This document shows positions 53,579 through 62,700 of a stretch of 64,000 nt of DNA, in pieces. The first letter of the stretch is position 1; each line of letters starts with the position of its first letter. This stretch comes from Lachnospiraceae bacterium (GTDB taxonomy: Bacteria; Bacillota; Clostridia; Oscillospirales; CAG-272): assembly GCA_024404495.1 (NCBI GenBank), contig JAKSPT010000005.1, forward strand, positions 6,483-70,482, read 5' to 3'. The position numbers and the translations under genes are program-made. The notes under the pieces are model-generated. The model was not told where the DNA came from, made no database searches, and worked only from the letters and a program-made list of their open reading frames with translations.

Positions 53579-54022
53579 TTATCGGATCGAGGCGATCAGA
53601 GCGGTCAGGGCGTCGGCGGTCATCGAACCGGGTGCCGAAACGCCGTAGCCGTAGTCGCCCGCCGTCCACCACGCGTCGGTGATCGCGTCGGCGGTGCCGC
53701 AATACGAAACGGTGAGCTGTCCGACCGTAATCGTGCCTCCGAAGGTCTCCTCCGGGTCGAGCGGATGCCCTTCGCCGGGCTTCATCCGGAAGACGAAGGT
53801 CTCTTTTTCCATCCGGTAGGTGATCTCGGCTTCAAGGCGCTCGTTCAGCGTAAAGGCGACCGGGATCCAGCCGCTTTGGGAGGGAAGGTAAAGCGGGTGC
53901 GTGACCGCGGCGGCAAGCTCTTCGAGCGTGTCGTAGTCCCCGACGGGGGATTTTTCTTTTCCGCAGCAGACGAGGGTCGGGAGCAGGAGCAGTAAAAGAA
54001 CAAGGGCGGCAAGGCGTTTCAC
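53579..54022 (-). CDS. small lipoprotein, unknown function
   Basis: GTG start after GGAAAGGAAG. VKRLAALVLLLLLLPTLVCCGKE lipobox. The upstream part of the 264-aa track ORF looks non-coding. Confidence 0.45.
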   Translation of the reverse strand: MKRLAALVLLLLLLPTLVCCGKEKSPVGDYDTLEELAAAVTHPLYLPSQSGWIPVAFTLNERLEAEITYRMEKETFVFRMKPGEGHPLDPEETFGGTITVGQLTVSYCGTADAITDAWWTAGDYGYGVSAPGSMTADALTALIASIR

Positions 54023-54102
54023 ACCGTTTTCTTCCTTTCCGGTTTTTCTTCCATTATATCGCCGGAATCCGCGTGTGTCAAGGCGCTTTTGCCGAACGAA
54101 GA

Positions 54103-54131
54103 TTGACTTTTTCGTGAAGAGCGTGTATAAT
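54103..54131 (+). promoter_or_regulatory. consensus sigma-A promoter of the NagZ-like gene
   Basis: TTGACT 54103-54108, 17-nt spacer, TATAAT 54126-54131. The -10 box covers the ATG at 54130. Confidence 0.65.
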
Positions 54132-54156
54132 GAAAGAAAAAACGGGAAGTGATCGT

Positions 54157-55173
54157 ATGACCCACTACGAAAAAAGAGCGGCGGAAATCCTCGCCGGAAT
54201 GACGGACAAAGAAAAAGTCGGGCAGGTGTTCCTCGCTCATTGCCCCGACGGAGGCGGCAGGGAGATCTTCGCGGAATACCAGTTCGGCGGTGTGCTCGCC
54301 TTCGCGAGAGAATTTGAAAAGAGAACGCCGGAGGAGGCGCGCGCCCTGTTTGCCGGGCAGAACGGCGTTTCAAAGCTGCCGCTTCTCGTCGCGGTGGACG
54401 AGGAGGGCGGGACGGTCGTCCGCGTTTCCAAGTTTGAGCAGTACCGGAAGGAGCGCTTTCCCTCGCCGAAGGAGCTCTTCGCCGCGGGCGGATGGCGCGG
54501 CATCGCCGGGGACACCCGCGAAAAGTGCGCCCTTCTGCGCTCGGTCGGCATCAACTACAACCTCGCCCCGGTCTGCGACTACTCGCTTGACGAAACGGCG
54601 TTCATTTCTAAGCGCGTTTTCGGCAGGTCGGCGGAGGAGACCGCAAGGTTCATCTCCTCGGTCGTAAGGACGATGAAAAAGGAAAAGATCGCCTGCTCGC
54701 TCAAGCATTTCCCGGGCTACGGCGGCAACTCGGATACCCATCTCGATATGGCGTGCGACGTCCGTCCCTTCGGGGCGTTTGAAAAAGAGGATCTGCTCCC
54801 CTTCATCGCCGGGATCAGAGCCGGGGCACATTCGGTCATGGTCGCGCACAACATCGTGAACTGCATCGACCCGGAGTATCCGGCGTCGCTTTCGGTCCCG
54901 GTGCATAAGCTGCTGCGCGAAACGCTCGGCTTCCGCGGGGTCATCATCACCGATTCGCTGACGATGAACGCGATCCGTCACTTTACGAACGGCGCCGATC
55001 CCTGCGTCCGCGCGCTGCTCTGCGGCAACGATATGCTGATCACCGCCTCGACCACCAAGGGCGCCGACGCCGTTTACGAGGCGCTGAAATCGGGCGAGCT
55101 GCCGCGCGAAGTCCTCGACCGCGCCGTGACGAACGTGCTCATTATGAAGCAGAAGATCGGGATCCTGCGCTGA
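54157..55173 (+). CDS. GH3 beta-N-acetylhexosaminidase (NagZ-like)
   Basis: MTDKEKVGQVFL, VAVDEEGGTVVR, LAPVCDY, KHFPGYGGNSDTH, ITDSLTM. Start set at 54157 because 54130 lies in the promoter -10. Confidence 0.8.
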   Translation: MTHYEKRAAEILAGMTDKEKVGQVFLAHCPDGGGREIFAEYQFGGVLAFAREFEKRTPEEARALFAGQNGVSKLPLLVAVDEEGGTVVRVSKFEQYRKERFPSPKELFAAGGWRGIAGDTREKCALLRSVGINYNLAPVCDYSLDETAFISKRVFGRSAEETARFISSVVRTMKKEKIACSLKHFPGYGGNSDTHLDMACDVRPFGAFEKEDLLPFIAGIRAGAHSVMVAHNIVNCIDPEYPASLSVPVHKLLRETLGFRGVIITDSLTMNAIRHFTNGADPCVRALLCGNDMLITASTTKGADAVYEALKSGELPREVLDRAVTNVLIMKQKIGILR

Positions 55174-55210
55174 AGGAATTCCGGTCAAATGAAAAAAAGA
55201 GGGAACGGGA

Positions 55211-55717
55211 ATGAAAAAGAAAAAAATCGAGTGGAGCGCCATGCTGATCTGCGAATTTGTGTTCGGCTTTGACGGCGTTCTGTTTACCGTGCTGGGGATT
55301 ATCTTTGGTCTCAAAATGGATGCGATCGCCGCAAGCCCCAACTCCCGCGGGGACGTCGGTTTGCTTCCGCGCATCTTCTGCGCCGTCGGTATCTTGTTTA
55401 TGATCATCGCCGCGATCATGATCTTCTTTTCGGTGAAAAAGAAGAGAATCCGCAGCAGGCTGATCGAAAGCGGCAGATATATCAACGCCCGCGTGACCGA
55501 GATCGGATTGGATTACTCCGTGCGTATCAACGGTCTGAACCCGTATTACGTGATCTGCGAAGGGAAAAACCCGCGCACGGGGGAGATGATTTCGTTCAGA
55601 AGCGCCGACGTGACCGAGAATCCGTCCTATCTGCTCGATCAGTATCTGCGGGTATTCGTGGATTTCGACGATCCCAAGTACTATTACGTTGAACTCGAAC
55701 GCGATTCCGCCGAATGA
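55211..55717 (+). CDS. membrane protein with C-terminal DUF3592-like beta domain
   Basis: Two N-terminal TMs, then YINARVTEIGLDYSVRINGLNPYYVICEGKNPRTGEMISFRS. Confidence 0.4.
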   Translation: MKKKKIEWSAMLICEFVFGFDGVLFTVLGIIFGLKMDAIAASPNSRGDVGLLPRIFCAVGILFMIIAAIMIFFSVKKKRIRSRLIESGRYINARVTEIGLDYSVRINGLNPYYVICEGKNPRTGEMISFRSADVTENPSYLLDQYLRVFVDFDDPKYYYVELERDSAE

Positions 55718-55744
55718 GCGCGGCACGCGAATGACAGACAAGAC

Positions 55745-55805
55745 GAAAAACTGCCCGCGGAGAAGGAACGGTGACGGACCCTTTCCGCGGGCGGTTTTTC
55801 GTTTT
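55745..55805. terminator. bidirectional terminator between 55211..55717 and the GT2 gene
   Basis: actgcccgcgga...tccgcgggcggt stem (one mismatch) with an A-tract before it and tttttcgtttt after it. Confidence 0.65.
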
Positions 55806-55825
55806 ACGGTCCCAACGGGGACGGT

Positions 55826-57058
55826 TTACTCCTCCGTTTTTCTTCCCGTGTGCTCGATGGGCTTCCATTCCACCCGACAGAAGACCGCCTGCACGGTGAT
55901 CGGGAGGAAGGTAAAGAGAAAGAGCGGGTAGCAAAAGGGCATAAAAAGCTTGCGGATCGGTTTTCCCGCGATATGCTTCCATTCGGCAAGGAGGACGAGC
56001 GCACCGACCGCGAACGACGCGAGATACATCGAAAGGAGCAGCTTGCCGAAGGAAAGGAGAGAGGAGAGCAGCCCGACGCCCGAGATCAGCCCGACGAGGA
56101 TGGTGCCGATATTCGTGAGCAGGGAAAGCGCCGAGAGGAGAAAGACCGGGCAGGCGGCTGTCAGCATATCAAAGCAGGAGAACGAGCCGCGCAGCGCCCC
56201 CGTGAAGAGGGAGGCACCGTATTTCCCGAAGACCTGTAAAAATCCCTTCGCCCAGCGGAGGCGCTGCCGCCACGACTGCCGGAAGGAGACCGGCTGCTCG
56301 TCGTAAAAGACAGCGTCCGGGCAGTAGGCGATCTTTTCCCCGCGCAGGATCATATCGGCGGAGAACTGCGTGTCCTCGGTCAGCAGGTAATACCGCCAGC
56401 CGCCCATCGCTCCGGCGATCCGGCGGGAGAAGAAGAAGCCGGTGCCGTTGACCGCCGCGCTGACGCCGAGGACGTCCCTCGGCTCGTTCAGAAAGCGGCA
56501 TCCGCGCAGAAAATGAAGGGTATAGCCCGCGCTGACCCAGTTGTCGGTCGGGTTTTTGGAGCAGCGGAGCCCGGTGACGATATCGTGCCCCGCCGAGAAG
56601 ACCCGGTCGATCCCGGTGACGAAGGAGGGGGAGAGAAGGTTGTCCGCGTCGAAGACGAAATAGCCGTCGAAGCCTTCGGGATAATCGGCGCGGAGATGGG
56701 AAAGCAGGGCGTCGAGCGCGTAACCCTTCCCGATTTTTTCGGGGTCGGTGCGGGTATAGACGATCGCGCCCGCCTCCCGCGCGGCAGAGGCGGTTCCGTC
56801 GGTGCAGTTGTCGGCGAGGACGAAGGGGATCACCGTGCCGGGGTAGTCCTGCTCCTTTACCGTGCGGAGCAGGCTGCCGATGACCTTTTCCTCGTTCCGG
56901 GCACAGATCAGAACGGCAAAACGGTGAAGGGGCGCCGGCGGAGCAGGGGTTTTTTTCTTTCGGAAGAAAAGGGAAACCGGGATATAGACGATCTGCGTGC
57001 AGCAGCAGAGAAAAAAGAGCGCGGCAAAAACAAGGTTGCAGTATTTCAGAAATTCCAT
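55826..57058 (-). CDS. integral-membrane family 2 glycosyltransferase (processive, PgaC/IcaA/cellulose-synthase-like)
   Basis: FAVLICARNEE, FVFDADN (DxD), TEDTQFS, the QxxRW-type RQRLRW motif, and TM segments at both ends. Confidence 0.8.
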   Translation of the reverse strand: MEFLKYCNLVFAALFFLCCCTQIVYIPVSLFFRKKKTPAPPAPLHRFAVLICARNEEKVIGSLLRTVKEQDYPGTVIPFVLADNCTDGTASAAREAGAIVYTRTDPEKIGKGYALDALLSHLRADYPEGFDGYFVFDADNLLSPSFVTGIDRVFSAGHDIVTGLRCSKNPTDNWVSAGYTLHFLRGCRFLNEPRDVLGVSAAVNGTGFFFSRRIAGAMGGWRYYLLTEDTQFSADMILRGEKIAYCPDAVFYDEQPVSFRQSWRQRLRWAKGFLQVFGKYGASLFTGALRGSFSCFDMLTAACPVFLLSALSLLTNIGTILVGLISGVGLLSSLLSFGKLLLSMYLASFAVGALVLLAEWKHIAGKPIRKLFMPFCYPLFLFTFLPITVQAVFCRVEWKPIEHTGRKTEE

Positions 57059-57066
57059 GATGCTTT

Positions 57067-58926
57067 TTACTCGTTTACGGTCGGAAAACGCAGGGTGACC
57101 TTGAAGAGATCCCCGTCCACGGTGAGGTCAAAGACGCCGCCCTGCAGCTCGGTCAGGCTCTTCGCGATCGAGAGACCGAGCCCGTTCCCCTCGGTGCTGC
57201 GGGAGGAATCGCCCCGGACGAAGCGCTCGGTCAGCTCTTCTGCGGAGATATTCAGCGGTTCGCGCGAGATACTGCGGAAGGAGAAGACCGCCTCGTTTCC
57301 CTCGCGGGTCAGCGAGACCCACACGCGGGTCCCGGGCATGGAATATTTGACGGCGTTGTTCAGCAGATTATCGAAGACGCGCCACGTTCTCCTGCTGTCG
57401 GCGAGGATCGTCATATCCTCCTCCGGAAGAGAGGTGACCGGGATCAGCCCCGCCGCGGCGAAGCGGTCCTCGTATTCTCCCGCCGCCTGCGTGACGAGGG
57501 TGGAGGCGCTGCACGGCGCGGGGAGCACCTCGAGATTGCCCGACGCCGCCTTCGACGCCTCCACGAGGTCCTCGGTCAGCCGCTTCAGCTTTTCGGACTG
57601 GCGGACGAGGACGGAGGCGTATTCGCGGATCTTTTCGTTTTCGGTGGGTTCCTCTCCGATCAGCATCGCGTAATTGATGACCGAGGTCAGCGGGGTCTTG
57701 ATGTCGTGGGAGACGTTCGTGATGAGCTCGGTCTTCATCCGTTCGCTCTTCATCCGCTCGGCGACCGCGCGTTCCATTCCCGCCGAGATTCCGTTCAGGC
57801 TTTCGGCGTGGGCACGGCAGTCGGAGGGCATCCCGGTGACCGGAACGGGGGTGTCAAAACGTCCCGAGGCAAGCTCTTTTCCCGCCTTCTGCAATTTCGT
57901 GAGCGAATACGCGAACCAGAGGACGGGCGCGGAAACGAGCAGCTTCCATAAAAGGAAGAGCGGGACGGTCGCGTCGCGCATATTGCCGACGCCGAAACAG
58001 AGAACGATTTCGACGACCGTGCTGACAAGCAGGAACAGCGCGGTTTTCCAAACGTGCGGAATGACACGAAACGCTTTCCAAAGGAACCGGAACGCCGCGC
58101 GCAGCCCGCGGAACGCAAGCCCGATCAGGGAATAGCGGATCAGCGCCTTCTGTTTGACGCGGGAGGCAAAGGACGCGCAGAGCCCGAGGAAGCATTCAAA
58201 GAGAGCGAGGATCACGAGACCGGCGAAAAACAGCTCGTGGATCAGCGAGGGCTCGATCCAAAACCGCATTTCGCTTGCGAAAGCAGCCATCACACAGAAC
58301 GCGGCAAGGAACAGCTCGAAGGGAACGCGGAAGAAGGGGCCGGGAACGTATTCTTCTGTCCCCGGCTTTTTCCCCGCGACGCACATCAGCACCCGGAAGA
58401 AAAGGACGGCAAGGAGCAGCGAGGCGAGCGCGGCAAGATAAATCGAATAGCGGATATCATATAAGAAGGAGAGCAGGCGGGTGAGGATCGCGTCGATTTC
58501 GTCAATCGGCTCCGACAGATCGCAGCGGACGAGAATGACGAATTGCTCTTCGCAGTACTCCCCTTTTTCCGGATAAGGGCAGTATTCGTAACGCGGGAAG
58601 GAAAATTCCAGAATGCCCGGTTTGTTTTCCCATTCGTCATAGTGCTCCGAGGTATAAGGCTGAACGATGCCGAGGCTTTCGGGTGTCCGGATCTCGTATT
58701 CGATCCATTCCGGCAGATCCGGTTCGGAATAATCCAGCCGGTTCAGACAGACCGTGATCCACTCCTCCCGCCCGGCGTTGACGAAATCCGTCTCGGAGAC
58801 GGAATAGGCGTCGAAAGCCGAGAGAGCGACCATCCCGACGAAGAGGGCGGCGGTGAGGATCGTGAAGACGGTGATGAGAAAATACAGAAGAATCTTTCCG
58901 AAGGCGGAACGGAAAAAGCGCTTCAT
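57067..58926 (-). CDS. sensor histidine kinase
   Basis: Start at MKRFFRSAFGKILLYFL (GGAAGGAGA RBS, ATGA overlap with the regulator). H-box ELITNVSHDIKTPLTSV. N, G1 and G2 boxes (FDNLLNNAVKY, GNGLGLSI). Confidence 0.88.
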   Translation of the reverse strand: MKRFFRSAFGKILLYFLITVFTILTAALFVGMVALSAFDAYSVSETDFVNAGREEWITVCLNRLDYSEPDLPEWIEYEIRTPESLGIVQPYTSEHYDEWENKPGILEFSFPRYEYCPYPEKGEYCEEQFVILVRCDLSEPIDEIDAILTRLLSFLYDIRYSIYLAALASLLLAVLFFRVLMCVAGKKPGTEEYVPGPFFRVPFELFLAAFCVMAAFASEMRFWIEPSLIHELFFAGLVILALFECFLGLCASFASRVKQKALIRYSLIGLAFRGLRAAFRFLWKAFRVIPHVWKTALFLLVSTVVEIVLCFGVGNMRDATVPLFLLWKLLVSAPVLWFAYSLTKLQKAGKELASGRFDTPVPVTGMPSDCRAHAESLNGISAGMERAVAERMKSERMKTELITNVSHDIKTPLTSVINYAMLIGEEPTENEKIREYASVLVRQSEKLKRLTEDLVEASKAASGNLEVLPAPCSASTLVTQAAGEYEDRFAAAGLIPVTSLPEEDMTILADSRRTWRVFDNLLNNAVKYSMPGTRVWVSLTREGNEAVFSFRSISREPLNISAEELTERFVRGDSSRSTEGNGLGLSIAKSLTELQGGVFDLTVDGDLFKVTLRFPTVNE

Positions 58927-59621
58927 TTCTTTTTGTCTCCTTCCAGTAAATAGCCCTGCCCGAAGATCACGCGGAGATACCGCGGCTCGGTGGGGTCGAT
59001 CTCGATTTTTTCGCGGATGTGGCGGACGTGAACGGCGACCGTATTGTCGTTGCCGGGGAAGGGCGTTTCCTTCCACACCGCGTTGTAGATCTCCTTCGGG
59101 GAGAAGACCTTTCCCGGGTTGGAGATCAGAAGGCGCAGGATCTCGTACTCCTTCGGCGTGAGCGATACCGGTTCCCCGTCCGCCGTGACCGATTTGCTCC
59201 GGTCGTCAAGTTCTATCCCGCCCGCGCGGAAAACCTCGGGGGCTTCCTCCGCGCCGAAGCGGGAATACCGGCGGAGCTGGGAATTGACCCGCGCGGCGAC
59301 CTCAAGCGGGTTGAAGGGCTTGGTGACGTAATCGTCCGCGCCGATATTCAACCCGAGGATCTTGTCGCTGTCCTCGCTCTTCGCGGTCAGCAGGATGATC
59401 GGCACGTCGCTTTCCGCGCGGATGCGGGCAAGCGCGGTCAGCCCGTCCACGCCGGGCATCATGATATCCATTAAAATGAGATCGAGGCGTTCCCGGCGGG
59501 CGATTTCGATCGCCTCCGCGCCGCCGTACGCCGAGAGCAGACGGTAATCCGGTCGGTTCAGATAGATCTTCAATGCCTCGACGATGTCTTTTTCGTCGTC
59601 ACAGATCAGAATGTTTTTCAT
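58923..59621 (-). CDS. OmpR-family response regulator
   Basis: ILICDDE, LILMDIMMPGVDG, LTAKSE, winged-helix LTPKEYEILRLL...IRVIFGQGY. Confidence 0.92.
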   Translation of the reverse strand: MKNILICDDEKDIVEALKIYLNRPDYRLLSAYGGAEAIEIARRERLDLILMDIMMPGVDGLTALARIRAESDVPIILLTAKSEDSDKILGLNIGADDYVTKPFNPLEVAARVNSQLRRYSRFGAEEAPEVFRAGGIELDDRSKSVTADGEPVSLTPKEYEILRLLISNPGKVFSPKEIYNAVWKETPFPGNDNTVAVHVRHIREKIEIDPTEPRYLRVIFGQGYLLEGDKKK

Positions 59622-59786
59622 TGGTTAAGCCTTTCGTTTCGTTCTGTCCTTATCATAGCACAGCCGGAATGAAAAAGAAAGAGGGAAAGCGATGAAGAAC
59701 TGATGAAGATTCTTTTCTTCGTTCATACCACGTTCACGGAGGAAGAGTAAAATAATGGAAAGAAATCGGAAAAGGAGATTTTCTTC

Positions 59787-62700
59787 ATGAAAAAAACGCT
59801 GATTCACGGATTAACGACCGTTACCGCGCTGCTTTTGCTCTTTTCGCTGTTTTCCTGCGGAAAGAAGGAGATCACGCTCGGTGACCGGAACGGAATGACG
59901 TATGCCGTCGTTTACGGTGCCGATCCTGCCGAAAAAGCGGCGGCGGAAACGCTTGCCGACGCGCTTCACGCGGCGCTCGGCTGTGAGGTGACCTGCGTTC
60001 CCGACACCGAACCTGAACGGAAAAATGAAATCCTCGTCGGAAAGACGTCCCACTCTTCCGCGCTTTCCGGAAAGCTTGGTGAGGGGGAATACGGCTTTCT
60101 TTTTGAAGGCGGTAAGCTCCTCCTCTGCGGTGATACTCCGGAACGGACGGAGAGCGCCGTACGGGCGTTTATCGAAGGATATCTGAAGGAGGGAGAAACT
60201 ATGGAAAAGCTCGTGATTCCCGCCGGTCTTTCGGAAATCAAAAAAGAAGAGGACACGTACAAGTGGCTTTCCCTGAAGGAAGCCGGGATCACGCTTCACC
60301 GCTTTGATCCTTCCCCGTTTATTTCGGACTGGCTCGGCGACGGTTCGCTTCAGCCGGTCGATCTCCTTTCTCCGACCGGGCGTACCGGAACCGTGACCGG
60401 GGATACCTACGACTATAACACCCATCCCGCCGATTATCAGGTCAAGACGACCGACAAACTGACCGACGGCGAGGAGGAATCCATCGAGCAGGGTATGGCA
60501 CTCTGGGCGGGGAACAAGAAGACGCCGGATACCGACACCTATATCAATTACGATCTCGGCGAGCTTTACTATATCTGTTATTATCAGCTCCGTCCGTCCT
60601 TTGCGGGGATGGAATGGGAGGTGGAATACAGCGAGGACGGCGAATACTGGGACTGCGCCGAGGTCTATACCTCGGGAGAATGGATTCATTCCCGCACCTT
60701 CTCCGAGCCGTTTCCCGCGCAGTACGTCCGCTTCCATATCACGAAGGGCGCGGTGACCGGAAACGATTTCTTCGTCGCGATCCGTGAGATCTGGATGCAG
60801 GGCGTTCCCGCCGCCGGACTTGACCGCGCACCGACCTATATCTCGCCCTTTACCGGCGGTGACGGCGGAGACACCGCCTTCTATTACGATTACGGCCGTA
60901 CCTACGTAACGGCGGACCTCGGAAAAGAATACGAAATCGCCGCCTACGCCTTTGATTACGAAGGAAAAGGAAAAGACGTAAAGCTTCTCACCGCGACCGA
61001 TCCCACCGTGTGGCAGGACTGCGCTTCCGGAAAAGAAGGGGAGATCGCCGAATCGGGCAGACGGTACGTCATGTTCTCCGCAAGGGGAGGAAAAGCCGAC
61101 GACCTGACCGATATCCGCCTTCTTGTCCGCGATACGGAAAACCGGAAAAACCGGACACTGAAATCCGGGAACACGACTGCCTCCTTCGTGATGCCTGTCC
61201 CGGCAGACGCGGTGATGACCGATCTGACCGGCGAATGGGAGATTTCCTCCGCCCCGAAGGCGGGCTTCTGGCAGGACCCCTCCTCTTCCCGTTGGAAAAA
61301 GATCACCGTTCGGTCCTATCCCGAGCTGAACGGGGTCACGACGGTGAGCGAAAAGGAATACAATCACGAATACGCCTACCGTAAAACGGTCCCCTCGCCG
61401 CTTGCCGACGGATGCGACCGGTATTTTCTCCGGTTCGATTCGGTTCTGAATGTCGCGCGTGTCTGGGTGAACGGGGTTTATCTCGGTTCCCATTCGGGCG
61501 GCTACACAGCGTTTGAATTTGAGATCACCGACCTTGTGAAGACCGGAAACGATCTTGAGATCGTCGTCGGCGTAACGAGCGTGACCTACGCGCCCGAACT
61601 GAATATCGGCGGTTCGGGTATCACCGGTGCCGTGAGGATCGAGGGCGTGAAGGAAGCACATCTGACGCGGCTCCATTCCTTCACTTCACTCGGTTCCGCG
61701 TATGAAAACGCGGAGATTGCGCTGAACCTTGCCGCCGACCTCGGCGGAAAAGAAGCGGTGACGGCATCCCTTTCTCTGACCGATCCGGAAGGAAAAGACG
61801 TGGCTTCCGGCAAAAAAGCAGTGACCTTCGCCGCCGGGGCGGAAGAACAAACCGTGACGATCCCGATTTCCGGTGTGATCACTTGGGATGCCGAGCATCC
61901 GAGGCTCTATACCCTCCGCGTTACTCTTGACGGCGGGGCAGAGTACGAACAGAAGATCGGCATCCGTGAGGTGAAGCTTACGGACAGCGAACTTCTCGTC
62001 AACGGTTCCCCCGTCAAACTGCGAGGCGTGGACTGGACGGACCTCGACCCGACGGGCGGTCTCGTTTCCTCTCCGGAATATGACCGGGAATCGCTGATCA
62101 AACTGAAACAGGCAAACGTCAACTATATCCGAACCTCCCATTTCCCGCCGAGCGACGAAATTCTTTCCCTCTGCGATTCGCTCGGGTTCTACGTGGAGCT
62201 GGAGGCGACGCACCACATCAACACGCATTGGGCGACCGGCGACGATTACGAGCGCCTCGACACGATCAGCAACCCGCAATATCTGCCTTGGACGCTCGGC
62301 GTTTACGCCTCGGTCTTTGAACGGGCAGAGCCTCATTCCTCGATCGTGATCTGGTCGGTCTCAAACGAGTCTGATTACGGCGGCAACACCGAGAAGGTGT
62401 GCGAATACCTCGAACGGGTGGATGACAGCAGACCTGTCAAATTCAGCTGGGGCGACTCGATCCCGGCGGGGACCGATCTGATTGACGTGAAGAGCGTTCA
62501 CTATCCTTCGCTCGACTCGCTGAAAAAGGCGGCACCGATGCCGACGGTATACGACGAGTGCGGGCATCTCTATCATACCGTCGGGATCGACGCGGGGCTC
62601 CGCGCGCTCTACGGCTATTCCTACGATGCCTATTGGGAAGCGATTCTGAAACAGAAGGGCGGGCTCGGTGCCGCGATCTGGCACTCCCGTGATTTTATGT

